Assembly: GCA_964016885.1 (NCBI GenBank)
Contig: OZ024742.1
Location: 99,200,001 to 99,264,000 of the forward strand
Direction of reading: 5' to 3'
DNA from: Eledone cirrhosa
Taxonomy: Eukaryota
Length of the DNA stretch: 64,000 nucleotides
The position numbers and the translations under genes were made by a program. The notes under the pieces are model-generated. The model had not been told where the DNA came from, searched no databases, and saw only the letters and a list, made by a program, of their open reading frames with translations. Positions 1 to 14,319 of the stretch are shown in pieces (positions within the stretch are counted from its first letter, which is position 1; each line of letters starts with the position of its first letter).

Positions 1-123
1 GGTTGTAGAATTTGCGAATTTAATGGTATGTATATTAAAAATGGAATGGTATTTATGTTGAGTAGGGAAAGAGGTGTCAAGAGCTTTAAAGAATAGTTTT
101 GCAAATGGTGTTTTAACTGCGAC

Positions 124-1677
124 CTAAGCTGGGGGTGCAAACCATATGACTGGTTTCGATCTAGTTCGTATTCTCGATTTATTTAGCGTATGCGTGTTTG
201 AGTTATAGTTATTAGAGTTACTCTTATATGTTTTATCATTTTTATTATTATTATAAGGAATAATACTTGGATTGTTATTATCTACATATTCTATATTATT
301 CCTATATCCTGCTCTTTTTAAAGCGTTGTTGTAAAATTCCGCATTTTTATCAAATATATCTTTATTAGCTGATATTTTATTAATACGTTTTTGCACACTA
401 TTTACTATAGCTTTTCTTACAGATCTAGGGTGATTTGAATAGTTACTAACATAGTTTAAGTTTTCATTAGGCTTATAAAAAGGGTAATAGAAGCCAGTGT
501 TTAAGTTAAAGGTAACGTCAAGGAAATTAACTATTTTGGTAACATTTTCTACTTCTAATTTAAGGTTGTATGTTTTAAAGAATTCTATTATACTTTTCTT
601 AACTCTATTTATTTCTATATTATTGTGTTTGATCACCGTAAATAAAATGTCATCTCTATATAAACCACCGGTAATCTCCAGCAGTTTTCTATTTATCATG
701 TTTAATATGAAAATTCCCAGAAGATCTGTGATCAGCGCGGAATCAGATGCCCCCATAGTGAAATCAAAGTTTCTATCTCTATCTGAGCGTGTCCAAAGTT
801 CGTTATTGAATTTAATGAGAGTTCTTCTAGCTGTTAAAATTATTTCTATTTCATTTGTGGTTAGATCGGTATGCTTATAAGCATATGGGCCTTATTTAGA
901 AGTTTAGGTGTTATAGAACAATAGCAGCTAGTAATATCCATCTGGATGAATTTATAGTTTTTCTTATCTTCAATGTTTTTGTACCATTCAATGACCTCGT
1001 TTGTATCTTTCCATAAGCTCAAACTAGATCTCAATTTAATGATCTTTTTACTGATTACTCCTATATCCGATTTCGATGGAGCAATCAGTCTAACTGGCAT
1101 TTCTTCCTTAAAGTTTCTTTTATGATCCTTCAGGTTAATCCTTGGCTGTCTAGGTAAGAATGGCTCAGTTCTTCCTTGTATTCCTAGATTGGTAATTAAA
1201 TTATAAGCTTCTTCATTAATTTCATTAAGATCCTCAGTCGGGGCTTTTTTGTAATTTTTCCTAAGTTCTTTCAAATTCAGGTCATTATATTCGTCTTTGC
1301 TTATCACATATAAATTAATAGTTTTGTCCGATTTAACCAATACTTTGTTAACATTTTTTATTTCAATGATTTTATCTTTTAGAGATCTGACCTATATATA
1401 GGTTTTTCCCAAATTTAATATTTTTGATTATGCCGAGCATTTCTGTTTCAAAAACCTCCAGGAGTTTGTTGTATGGGGGATTTTTTCTTGATTTAAACAA
1501 AGATTCAAACTGATTATTGTTGGTTTTTCTTTCGGCATCTTTATTTTCGAAATGAAAAGCTCTCGATCTTAATCTTCTAATAAAAGAGTGTGTCTGTTCT
1601 ATAGTTTTCTTCATGTATTCTTCATTTGAAGGTATAGGTATATCTTTGAGGGAAGTCGGGAAGTTAAAGAAATCCAT
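124..1677 (-). pseudogene. Frameshifted PLE reverse transcriptase
   Basis: ORF pieces 1372-1677, 861-1340 and 124-756 are colinear with the 37710-39347 ORFs but broken by frameshifts and small deletions. Confidence 0.9.
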
Positions 1678-1873
1678 ATTTATATAATATTCAATATATT
1701 GTATAGAAAAGCGCTCAACCTGATATAAGTATTAAGTTGTTAAACAATATTCGATGATTATGTCAAAGAATGAGTTTTACAGTAGATTGGAAGCACAACG
1801 TTAAATCATTTTCAGGAGTTATTAATATTAAAATATAAGTATTAATAAAATAGATGTTCTTTTGATCAATTAC

Positions 1874-1926
1874 ATTTTATTATACATATTTCGGATGTAC
1901 AACAGTACGTCCTCATCAGACAAAAT
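1874..1926 (-). ncRNA. Type I hammerhead ribozyme in pLTR (canonical core, AUA site)
   Basis: Minus strand: attttgt-CTGATGA-ggacgtac.tgtt.gtacatcc-GAAA-tatgtATA-ataaaat, with 7-bp stem I, 8-bp stem II (one mismatch) and short stem III. Confidence 0.9.
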
Positions 1927-2239
1927 ATAATGATACATGGCATACTCTGAGATGTTAAATGGTTAAGATTTAATCAAGGTAGTGATTACCCGATAGAAAA
2001 TTTTGCTTATATAATATCTGTGTGAGAGTGCGAAAACGTAATGAATTCATTAGCGAATGTGTGAGTAAGAAAAAACGTTGCATAATTAAAGTGTTCTAAA
2101 ATTTTAAATTGTATGATGCAATAATATCTAGGGAACGTCTCATGAATCATAACAGCCAGTGATAGCCACCGGAAAAAGATTTATGACTCATTTATAACTC
2201 ATTCTTTGACATAATCATCGAGTATTGTTTAACAACTTA

Positions 2240-2317
<78 letters not shown>

Positions 2318-2465
2318 ATGTATGTATGTGTGTGTATACATGTGTGTGTGTGCGCGCGTATGTGTGTGTGTGCGTGTGTGTGTATATATATATATGTTGG
2401 TGGATGCGAGAATGATTACACAATAAAGAAGTGTATATAAATAATATAGTGTATTATGGGTAAGT

Positions 2466-2577
2466 GACGAGTCTTGCTACACTGGAGTTTCATCCGTGTA
2501 CTCAAAGGTTAATCAGACGAGTCTCTTGTCTGATGATCCTTTGATCACACAAATGAAACTCCTGACAATCGAGACTC
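2466..2577. ncRNA. Decayed inverted pair of hammerhead-like motifs
   Basis: Plus strand gagtctcttgt-CTGATGA-tcctttgatcacacaaat-GAAA-ctcctg-acaatcgagactc. A diverged inverted copy (CTGATTA...GAAActccagtgta) lies at 2470-2520. Neither has all elements intact. Confidence 0.5.
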
Positions 2578-2857
2578 ACCACTGTTCGTTTGTACTCAGA
2601 CTGTTTGTATGATTGAACAATCATATAGATATAAACATCATTGAAATATGTATCACACCTAATTGACTTCTTAACATCTACACTGCACATCTGATTTTCC
2701 TTATTCTACAAGTAGTCCGTCACGAACTGGTATTTGGAAAAATATATATAACGCTGAGGTCTTAAATCGAGTTGGATCATTATTCACAGATTGGTGCGTT
2801 GCATACGCATCCACAATTAGTCAACATGCTTACCGTATGTATATATATATATATATA

Positions 2858-3078
2858 TTAGAAAGTGAGGTTTTTTTTACAAAATGAAAAATAACCGAGG
2901 TGTCCTACACGAGTGAAAGTATAAAGAAAAAGGGATGAAATCGAAAATGCAACTGAAGTCTTATTTTTTTTTTTTTTTTTTTTTTTTAAATATATATATT
3001 TATTTGGTTCCTTTACCGGTTTCGCAGTTCTTCTGCTTTTCAAAAGGTGAGTTGAGATGGAGGATCTGTGGTTTTTCT

Positions 3079-3082
<4 letters not shown>
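2858..3082 (-). mobile_element. Solo pLTR fragment of the Neptune-like element at 42448-46058
   Basis: Reverse complement of 45850-46058; flanked by (TA)n and (GA)n. Confidence 0.9.
3010..3047 (-). ncRNA. Minimal hammerhead ribozyme, U3-A8 core variant
   Basis: Minus strand: cctt-TTGAAAA-gcag.aagaa.ctgc-GAAA-ccgGTA-aagg, with perfect 4-bp stems I and II and palindromic ACCGGT stem III. Confidence 0.8.
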
Positions 3083-3122
<40 letters not shown>

Positions 3123-3210
3123 GAGTATATGTTGGTTGTATACCTCAGTATGCAGGCTGGAGCACTCGACGAAGTGCGCAGGTTGGTTTGGTTACTCCGG
3201 AGTAATGTAA

Positions 3211-3769
3211 AATAAAGTTAAATAAAAAGTCAAATGTTTAAAATGTTTAAAATTTAGCTGCTATATATATTTCAGTGACAGCCATCTATTTTTAAGTTGA
3301 GATTGATTATAACACAAACACATTTTGTTTGATTATCTTATGTTAACATCTTGATCCTCATACCAATCTATCCAACATATTTCTGACCTTGAGATTGATT
3401 ATAGCACACACACACTTTATCCTACTTTATTTGAATCTTCATTTTATTTTTCACTTCTCCATATTCATTTTCATTACTTTTTCACCAATTTTTCATTTAT
3501 TCTTTATTCTTTATTCTCTATTTATTATTTATTTTCTCTTTTCTTCATTTATTGCCTTATATTTCTTCATATACATGGAAAAAACCCCTCCCCCCGCCCC
3601 CCACAAAATTATACACCTCAACAACATATGTACTTATCTATACCACACTAATTCGGACTGTCTGAAGAGGTCACAGCCAAAGATGGCTGTCACTGAAATA
3701 TATATAGCACTAATAAACGAAGCTAAATTTTAAACTTTTTAAACATTTGACTTTTTATTTAACTTTATT
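3211..3769 (+). mobile_element. Non-coding foldback element (inverted pLTR-like arms) with hammerhead
   Basis: 3211-3287 is an inverted copy of 3681-3769; the element ends in (TA)n. Confidence 0.75.
3658..3710 (+). ncRNA. Type I hammerhead ribozyme
   Basis: ctgt-CTGAAGA-ggtcacagcca.aaga.tggctgtcact-GAAA-tatatATA-gca(c); the inverted arm reads gcag, completing stem I. Confidence 0.8.
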
Positions 3770-3787
3770 ATATATATATATATATTA

Positions 3788-3825
3788 CGAGCTGAGGATC
3801 CGCTAAGGCGAAACAATTGTTCTCG
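3788..3825 (+). ncRNA. Minimal hammerhead ribozyme; decayed paralogues at 32077-32115 and 36843-36880
   Basis: cgag-CTGAGGA-tcc.gctaa.ggc-GAAA-caattGTT-ctcg. The same downstream tail (gtatggtgaactaactgttg) follows all three copies. Confidence 0.75.
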
Positions 3826-3920
3826 GTATGGTGAACTAACTGTTGCGTAACCACATCTACCTAACTAGTCCCATGGACTGAGTGCTCTACCTCTACAGAT
3901 ATTACCTTCCAGTATTCTAC

Positions 3921-3954
<34 letters not shown>

Positions 3955-4326
3955 GTAAATAAGACCGTTCTTGCTCCAACCAGTGTATACACCTGCGGTA
4001 ACTACACTAAATATACATACACATACACTGTACATATATGCTTATATAGAAGTAACAAAAGCAAAGATCGAATGCCCTAATTGTAAACAATACAGTCGGA
4101 GAACCATGACATCAATATACAAATCATCTAGTAGATAAGACTGTCGCATTCGAAACTCGTAAAAATTACATTCGTTAAAACCGAGTCAATCATAAAATCA
4201 TAAAATAAATATATTTTCAAAGAGAGGGAAAAATGAATGGACCAGTTATATTTCTCTGAATTATAGTTACCCTCCTGTCCGTCTCCTAAATATTTCTATT
4301 TTTTCTTTAATTTCTCATTCTATTAT

Positions 4327-4359
4327 TTGATGAAGGACTAGCGACCGAAACGTTATGTC
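4327..4359 (+). ncRNA. Decayed PLE-type hammerhead-like motif
   Basis: tTGATGA-aggactagcgacc-GAAA-cgttatgtc; C3 is lost and stems are weak. Confidence 0.35.
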
Positions 4360-4444
4360 TCTTTTCCTACTACATGAAGCGTAAAACTATTATATTTCTT
4401 CATTGCACTCTGCTGTTTGCTTTGTCATGTCTGTTTGACTTTAG

Positions 4445-4524
<80 letters not shown>

Positions 4525-4773
4525 AGGGGGGCTAGGGAGAGATAGAGAGGAGAAGAACGGAGAGAGTGAGAGAGAGAGAATGAGAGATGTGAACATTCAT
4601 CGTTTCTGAGTACATCATGATGTATGAATTTATTACGACAAAGAACAACGTTAAGAGAATAAAGAGAAGGTTTAGATGGAGTGTTGGAAATATCTCAATA
4701 TCTACTGTATGGTTTTTATGTATATCTATGTGTGAGTGTGTGCGTGCGTGTGTGTCTATGTGTGTATGTGTAC

Positions 4774-4848
<75 letters not shown>

Positions 4849-5100
4849 CATATACATATATATACATATATACATATAAGTGTGTGATCACCAAATATAA
4901 CGAGGTCAAAAATACTGACCCCATTTGTCTTGTTAAACTAACATCACCGAAATATAATGGCCATTTAAATAATTGAAAGTTCTCAATGATGTAATTCAGT
5001 TCCTTTGAAATTGTGGTCGTATGGTGGAGAAGTAATATGATTGTGGATGTGAATGTACACACACATGTATAATTATAGACGTGTAAACATACAAGCACGC

Positions 5101-5195
<95 letters not shown>

Positions 5196-5198
<3 letters not shown>

Positions 5199-6124
5199 AG
5201 AAAGAAGAGTGACACGGTTTGCTATACAATAAGGGCCTTATTCACATTGCTGACAATTGTTTCTCTGAACTGGTAGGTCTGGAGATCGCTACCTGCCTGT
5301 TTTTGCGTCAATCGATCATCAATACTTTGTTATAACAAGTCAATTCATCAGAGCATGCGAGAATGAAGTGAATACACAGGCATGGCTTCTATATATAGTA
5401 GTGGCATTAAATCAGAACACTAATAACAATACTATCAATACTAGCAATACTCAAATAGATTCGCTCGACCGTAAATGGTTAAAATAATCACAACATCAAT
5501 CTAAGTAAGAAATAGTTATTGATGCTGTGAAAGCTAAACAACCCCATGATTCGAACTAACAATCCCTTCATCTAATATAGACCACTTAAAAAATGAATCC
5601 GCTTTACACCACATAAAAATTACCTTCCTCACTACAATGAAAATATTTTATCTGTCAGATAATAAATAATTCTTACGGTGAGCAAACCTACAGTAAAGTA
5701 AATGGTACATTCTTTCAAGCCCAGGTTATCTCTACACTATATATAATACACCCCATGACAGCTTTTACATGTCAAGTGTATGTATCAGCTCGTTTTACAT
5801 GCTAAAGTCATCAGTATACTCTATGTCTTACTTAGTTGTGATTATTTTAACTATTTACGGTCTAGCTAATCTATTCGAGTATTGCTAGTATTGTTATTAT
5901 TGTTCTGATTTAATGCCACTACTATATATAGAAGCCATGTCTGTGTATTCCCTTCATTCTCGCATGCTCTGATGAATTGACTGGTTATAACAAAGTATTG
6001 GTGATCGATTGACCCAAATACAGGCGGGTAGCGATCTCTAGACCCACCAGTTCAGAGAAACAATTGCCAGCAATGTGAATAAAGCCCTTATTGTATAGCA
6101 AACCATGTCACTCTTCTTTCTTGA
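5196..6124. mobile_element. Non-coding foldback element, ~295-bp inverted arms
   Basis: 5196-5494 is an imperfect reverse complement of 5835-6124; the left arm abuts a long (TA)n; each arm has a hammerhead. Confidence 0.88.
5248..5355 (-). ncRNA. Hammerhead ribozyme with ~80-nt stem II domain (GUC site); plus-strand copy 5965-6072 has GCC
   Basis: Minus strand: tgct-CTGATGA-attgact...agttcaga-GAAA-caattGTC-agca. Confidence 0.72.
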
Positions 6125-6307
6125 TTTATTATTACTCCAAGTGTAAACTACATAGAAATCATCGCGTACTCGCAGCATCACTATGGAAACGTCTTGTTGA
6201 GTCAAACTTAGCCAAGCATTAATACTATCCACTACTCGGAGTACCCTAACTGGACTACATCTAAGTGGACTACCTATAACAATAATTTGTTATCCTGTAT
6301 ATATATA

Positions 6308-6398
6308 TATTTGCTCTACGGTTCTTATATATTTGATATATATTTATCCTTATCGAGCCATCTTTGGATTTTAGTCTTCAAATTTATTATTATTACTA
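6308..6398 (+). repeat. 3' tail fragment of the 352-nt hammerhead element family (see 34598-35110); another copy at 20015-20101
   Basis: ggttcttatatat...ccttatcgagcc...tttggattttagtcttca..ttattattattacta followed by (TA)n. Confidence 0.85.
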
Positions 6399-6399
6399 A

Positions 6400-6470
<71 letters not shown>

Positions 6471-7491
6471 TATATGTATGTATGTATATATATAAAATCC
6501 CATGATTTTCAGTAGTGTGCTGTGTTCTTCGAACAAATTGACTATGTTCCAATCCATTCAGCTGAAAAAAATGTGATGTACCTTTACTTTATTGGGTGAG
6601 TATTCTTACATTCGTTGTTCCGCTGAAGCGCCCTAAGAACTGAGCCTAGAATAAACGTACCTATCGAATATTAGAAACTTGGCCGGTAACTCCACGAGGA
6701 GTGACAAAGAGTATAAATAGAAGACGAAGGCTGACGAGTTGAGATTTTTATGGGTTGATTATTTGAGGAGGCTTTAAAGGGAGATGTATTCAGTAGTATA
6801 CGATATGAAGAAGTAGAGAAAGAACGTGAAATGACAGAGTCAGGGAAATACGAGATCAATGGAAAGGGTAGGAATACAGAGAAAGTCACGAGGAAGGTTA
6901 GTATGAAAACAATGGTCAGCTGAGAAAACACCTTGTGATTGGAAGATCTCTGTGGATAGAAGGATCAGGTGAAGAAGCATTTTGTGAATGTTGATAAAAT
7001 TTTATTTCAAAATACTCAAATATATTTCTAGGATAAAATTACATAAACATAACAAAGAATTTAATATTTAGTCAAATATATAGGAAAAGTAGTATTGGAA
7101 ATTACTATAAATACTATAAATGAGATCATATTTTAATTTAGCGAAGGTGACTACTTAATGTACAGAGTGAGATATATATATATATATATAGTTAGACGCT
7201 AAGCACTTATAGTTGAAATTTGGACAATTTTGGCTTGATTGTTTCTTCAAGTGAGTACATTTATTAATTGTCATTCTATATGTAAGTACATAATACTAGT
7301 TGTTTCTCAACTAGATACGTTATATATATATAACTAGTTACAGCATTAACATGTCATATACGGGTATATATGTTTCGTTGGGTTATAGCCCCTAACTCAT
7401 TCAACCTATAATATATAATTTCTAAAAAAAATATCGCCCTATGGACTGGGTCTTCTTACCTTGGTGATTTCTAAAAGGATTCTTCTACAGG

Positions 7492-8379
<888 letters not shown>

Positions 8380-9378
8380 GACAATAGCATATCGATCCAT
8401 GAAATGTAGATAATTGTTAAGATCACTAGTTTCCCGATTGTAGCAGTTCACTATCGTGTTATCACCTGGCCTCCAAATTTGGTGCTGGCAATCGATGAAA
8501 GAACACACTGATTGGGTGGTGGAATTCCACAACTAGAATTCACGCCATATGCATATTTGTAGGTGCTGTCCTATAATTTTGACTCTAAAGCAATTCATTG
8601 TATGTGTCTTCGGGGATAGATATTTCAGAAATATCTCACCAAAGTTCTAAACTGTGCATCTTTTGTATCCGGAAAATCATAATTAAAACACATTTACATG
8701 CTTACGTATATATAAAAATGTATTTACATACACGTTTCTCTACAGCTTCGCTTACAAATACTGTGTTGGTTGTACATGTATGCATTTATAAAATACTTAA
8801 GCTGCTTATTGCTCTGCCTAATAAATGATTGTACTTATATAAACATCAAGATTGAAAACCAACAAGTTCATTGATTGAAAAAGAACTCATTTGCAGTTAG
8901 ATTAAAAGAATGCAGGTTAATAATTAGAGATCTCTATCGAATTTCAAAGAGAAGATATCATGAAGTCAATAAAGTATACTCAGTTCTCACAGTCATAATA
9001 TATATTTATACTGCTGTTATAAAATATATATGTAAAGTGGTAAAATGAATATGTAAGTGAACATGCATATACATACACAAACGCACGCATACATGTATAT
9101 GTATATATTTTTATATGTATATCTATATATGCATATATGAATATATATATATATGTATATATGTTTATATGTATATCTATATATGCATATATGCATATAT
9201 ATATACATATATACATATGTATATATATCATCTTGGTTAAGAGAGTGGGACTGGCTTTGTGCAGTGCCTTTGCTCACTATAAAAGCTTCACGGCACAGGC
9301 ATTGCTTTATATCTGGAGATCTCTCTGCACTTGTCGTCACATGGTACCATGGGCCCAGCACTATGTGTCAATAATTGT

Positions 9379-9516
9379 CACAAGTGTAGTGTCTGTACCA
9401 GAGTTTTCAAGTCGCTGGCTGGACTAAAAAGTCACATTCGTTCAGCGTATCGGTGGGGGTTCTCCTACATGGATATAAAGTAGTGGCCGTATTCGAAAAC
9501 GAGTTGGCAGCCACCA
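9379..9516 (+). mobile_element. 3' end of an RTE-type LINE (C-terminal zinc finger plus 3' UTR)
   Basis: Translates [21 protein letters not shown], like the terminal CxxC..GLxSHxR finger of RTE ORFs. A short UTR with a small hairpin then runs into (TA)n. Confidence 0.6.
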
Positions 9517-9588
9517 TATATATATACATATATACATATGTATATATGTATATATATATATATAAATATATACATATATACATATGCA

Positions 9589-9628
<40 letters not shown>

Positions 9629-9754
9629 TGTGTGTGTGTGTGTGTAGATATATGTGTGTATATATATATGTGTTTATATGTATGTGTGTATATATATGTG
9701 TGTATATATATATATATGTGTGTGTATATATATATATGTGTGTGTATATATATA

Positions 9755-9831
<77 letters not shown>

Positions 9832-10689
9832 GTCTGTATCTATATGTGTGTAAGTGTATGTTTATATGTATATGCGTGTTTGTGCGTGTGTGTTGGTTAA
9901 GTACATGTGTAAACTGGAATATAAACACACGAAATCTAACATCCAGCCTGTCTTATGAAGCAATTTCCGACATTTCCGTGCATGAAAGGCAAATACGTAA
10001 GATTAGTGTATATTCAGTATTTCTTGAATCTCCCCTTTAGCGATTTTAAATATATGAAAGCTAAATGAATGGATGTGTCATTCATAATAATTAATTCCAT
10101 TTTAAATAATGATAAGTCAAATACGAGAAACGTTATTCAGTTTGCTTATTTCTTATGTTAAGTAATTAAGTTGACAGCAATATATAGGATTAATAACAGA
10201 AAATCTGTTAAATAGAGAACGCGACAAATTACCGCATAACTTTCTCGTTATATGCATTAAAAAATAAGAAGATACAGCAGCAGCAGCAACAGCAACAGCC
10301 GCAACAGCAGCAGCAGTAGTAGTAGTAGTAGTAGTAGCAGCAGCAGCAGCAGCGGAATCAGCAGTACTAGTAGTAGTAGGAGCAGCAGCAGAGCGGTAGT
10401 AGTAGTAGTATAGTAGTAGTAGTAGTAGTAGTAGTAATAATAATAATGGTGGTGGTAATAGTAATGGTGGTGGTAATAATAGTGATGGCAGTGGTGGCGG
10501 CGGTGGTGGTGGTGGTGGTGAGGTTGTACTAGTAGTAACTATTATAGTGATAATGGTTTCTTTATTAGCCATATTAAGTGAATTAAAAAAACCTAAAAGA
10601 CAATACAGGGTGAGATATTACGACATCATCTGGGATTCTTCGTGTAAAAATCTTTAAGAAATGCAATAATTGTAATAATTTGGACAAAC

Positions 10690-12350
10690 AAATCCCTTCC
10701 GAGGAGTAAGACGACAAAACGACATGTTCACTCCGAATACTATGTCACCTACCGCTTCCTAGTTGTCCTCCTACAATTTACAGATGCATATTCAGAGCAG
10801 GCCCATTCACTTGGACCTTACACGCCACACTCAATCACCTTTTAACAAACCGGATGGAAGGTAGCCCTTCCATCCTCTCCTTGATTTTTCTCTTGGTGTG
10901 AAACCTGAAAAAGTAAGTCAGGGCTTCGCCAACGAGGAAAGTGCTTGTCCTCATACATTTCAAACTTTTTCACCAGACGATATATTTCGCCATGGCCACC
11001 AGGCATAAATATTTGTTTTCCCGGCTAAGGAAAGGCGGCGAGCAATCTTTAGGATGGACTCAACTGAGAGCTGGATCGGCCCCACACGTGGCAGTATGTG
11101 TTCGACATAAAACTACAATTCATGTTTACTCGGACACGCAACAGGTGTGTGCAGGAGGTTTTACATTCATCACCACGGACCAACCTTTCAAGCATGCCTT
11201 CCTGTCGGCCATTTCTGCGGAAGAGCCTCCACCCTAGCTGTTACCTCATCCGTGTATTTTTCTATTTAGAGGTCTGGACTAAACCAGACTCCAAGCAATT
11301 TACCGGTCGGTGAATGCAACTCTCGACGACGTTGTTACTCGGCACAGATCTGCTTCTCCAGGTGCCGTGCTGCAAGTCCACCGACTTCTAGTTAATTATC
11401 ACTCCTGGTACGACCGTGTACAACCTTAGAGCGGTACCGATCATCTCAATGTGTTTTGTGTCCGACACCACTGCGTTGAGGTTGTCAGTATATTCTGACA
11501 AGGATATCTGCGTCCTAGTTCAGCGTGACGCCACTCAACGTCTCATATTTGTGTAATAGTAGCTCGAGAGTCAATAGGTACATTAATGAATCGAGCGCAT
11601 GATATCAAATGGTTCCATGGTAAACATTCATGCTGAACACAGAAGAGATGTCGCTGTGTATCGTATCGATCCATTGTCAGAAAACACATCGGAAACCGGC
11701 TTCTTTGAAGACTGCCGCGATATAGTGATGGTTGACACTATCGAAAGCTTTCCATTGATCTTGCTGAAACGTGAAGTCTTGCTGAAATGCCGCATACATC
11801 TATTTGGATCAAGTAACATGCGCCCGTCGTTGTCCACCAGAGACCAGATTGCGGATTTGTTACAACGCTGCACCTCCTCCACTTATGCTCATTGAACGAT
11901 TTTCGTTCCCTAGTGTCTAAGACCACATGCCCTAGCCCTGATAACGCAGCTTTTGAACTTTGCGTTTATGATTTGGATGAGAGACAATCTTGCCGCCAGC
12001 ACGTCAGTTGCGAAGCCTTTCCTCTAACTTTCTAACTAGCGCTCCCTCTAGTCTACTTTTATTTTTATATCGTGGGCACGTGACAAATTTTCTGATGCTA
12101 AATGAAGTATTTCAATTTTCTCTTCACCCATGATGGCAGCTCAATTAAGGAGAAAAGCTGCGGGAAGGACTGATACAATTAAGGGTTACTACTCGCATTT
12201 GCCCTCGTTATTGTCCAAGTAACTAAGTAGAAATGCCAGCCCTACTAGGTGTCAGCATGTCATCAGTGGAGGCATTCGAAGAAACCCCTTTAGTAGACGT
12301 TGGCAGCAGATGATCCATCTGACTAGTGGTCTTAGTCCCTTCCACATTAT
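10690..12350 (-). mobile_element. Old, deleted copy of the Tx1-like LINE ORF2
   Basis: Minus ORF NKSAIWSLVDNDGRMLLDP matches NKATIRSLVYHD/RRMLLDP at ~23580-23640. The reverse complement of 11440-11500 matches the YADD region at 24508-24570. Boundaries are approximate. Confidence 0.82.
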
Positions 12351-12779
12351 AATAAAATGTTTCAAGTGATAACGCACGACAACCAGTTAGCAGTACATCA
12401 TCAAATCAATATATAACTACTTCCGCCCGACACATAAGATTATGGGGGAACGAAACCTGAGCAAATTAATCGGATCCTCAGCGCAACACGGAAGCCACCA
12501 TCTACATGGATATCCTTGTCCAGTTGTCCGGGCATTGAGTTGCGGACAGCAACACTTTCCATCAAGATACTCTATAGGTAAATATGTCTCCACCCAGTAA
12601 ATCTCCCTTACTAATTTTACTAACTGGCTATGCAAAATCGGGAACTAAAAGGTAAAGTGATGTATGCAAATATGAACAAAAAAAATGTATCGGCTGCACG
12701 AACGGTTCTGTCATCCATCTCTACTGCCACCATCACCACCACTACTGCTACTACTAAAGTCTGTCTTAAGCCATTTAAG

Positions 12780-13008
12780 GCTCATTAGACCGGTGCTTAT
12801 GCCGTTTTCAGAGATTGAAGTGACTGAGAGTACAAGACTTTCCCCTGGATATCGCACGGTTAAACGCCCAGCTATTGTTGGTACTGTTTAACCTGGAGCA
12901 ACGTAAAATATAGTGTTTTGCTAAAAAGACCCAACCTAGACCAGGAATTGAACCCACGACATTAGGATCGTATGTCCAGCATGTCTATCAGTAGGCCATG
13001 CGCCCCCA
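12780..13008 (-). mobile_element. Decayed tRNA-derived SINE (CORE-like)
   Basis: Reverse complement gives gggcgcatggcctactgatag (A-box-like) ... gggttcaattcc (B box). Confidence 0.55.
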
Positions 13009-13250
13009 CACTACTACTGCTACAAATAATAATCATAATACTGCTGCAACTAACACCACCACTACAGTTATAGTATTAATAGTAGCAGTAGCTGTAAGTA
13101 ATAGTAGTGTTGAAAACAATTATGAAGTTTCAGTAGCTGTATGAATTGCTAAATAACTGTTGACAGGTGAATCTAAAAGAATGTTGCATGTCTATACAGA
13201 TTTGTCATCTTTCTACTTCTGTTGTCTTTCACTTGTTAGGTTTCCACACG

Positions 13251-13335
<85 letters not shown>

Positions 13336-13529
13336 GTTGTGGTTCACACTCTCCCGCACATTTTCCGCCTGTACCCTCCTACGTTTCATCCTCCTATTCC
13401 TCCTCTTCATACCTCTTCTACCCCCCCCCCCCTCCTCCCCTCCTAGCGATGGTTCATGTGTGATAATCACAATAATGGTAGGAGTTGTGGTTGTGGTAAT
13501 GGTGGTGGTAAGTTTCAACATATATTAAA

Positions 13530-14110
13530 GATATCTAATTCTGACACAAGGTCAGCAAATTCGAGGAAGTGGTAGTTAATTGAAACGAAACCAGTATTTG
13601 TTAGGTACTTTATGTTTTTGCCCTAGGAAGAAGGAAATGTAAGGTTCACCCCGGTGGGATTTGATACCACAATGTTGAGGGTCGTAGCACAAGTCAGTAA
13701 TGTATTGCTTCAGTCGCACTAATGATTCTGCAAATCCACAATAATAATGGATTATAATTTTGGCAACAGGTCAGTAATTAATGGGGAGGGATAAGTCAAT
13801 TAAATGGATCAAATGACCAGAATGGTACTTTAATTTAACGATTCTGGAAGGATGAAAGAAAACGTTGACCTTAGTGAGATTTGAACTCAGCACGTAAAAA
13901 GCCGAAGGAAATGCTGCTAAATATTAGACTGATATTTTTAATGATATCGAATTTTGGCTGGAGGCCAGTAATTTGGGCAGAGCGATCAGGGGATATCGTC
14001 TACCTCAGTACTTAATTAGTATTTCGTATTTATCGACACCCAAAAAGATGAAAGTCAGTGCTAAACTCGGTAGGATTTGAACTCTAACCGGGAAAGGCCT
14101 TAACTGCATG
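13530..14110 (-). mobile_element. Three adjacent decayed copies of the dominant tRNA-SINE
   Basis: Repeated ggtacttta...ggatgaaag...gatttgaactc pattern near 13600, 13825 and 14020. Confidence 0.65.
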
Positions 14111-14319
14111 CCAAAAATAATTATGTTCAAAACTCTAATGATGTTGCAACTTCATAAGGGCCACACATTCCACTAATTCTTTCTCTAACGATTAAGGCTG
14201 CTTTGCTATGGATGATGTGGGGTATCGGCTGCGGTGGAGTGTTAAAAATGTGCGTGTCAAGAGATATAACACATTTTTTTATATTTGTACTACTGTGCGA
14301 GGATTTTCATATTCATACA

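Larger units (their letters stand above)
1..2242 (-). mobile_element. Penelope-like retroelement (Nematis-like clade), 5' pLTR plus RT, running off the window start
   Basis: Minus-strand ORF pieces contain PLE RT motifs (FDFTMGASDSA, GLYRDD, NFLDVTFNL, SNHP, WFAPP). 1690-2195 matches the 3' pLTR of the copy at 41270-41608. 2197-2242 is an inverted copy of 1731-1777, followed by (TA)n. Confidence 0.92.

Noticed and set aside
9379-9441. Host C2H2 zinc-finger gene exon
   Set aside because: Single finger with no TGEKP linker or array; the context fits an RTE 3' end.
10153-10572. Pro/Ala/Thr-rich ORF (also 54005-54365)
   Set aside because: Arises from mixed trinucleotide repeats (AGT, AGC, GGT, CAA).
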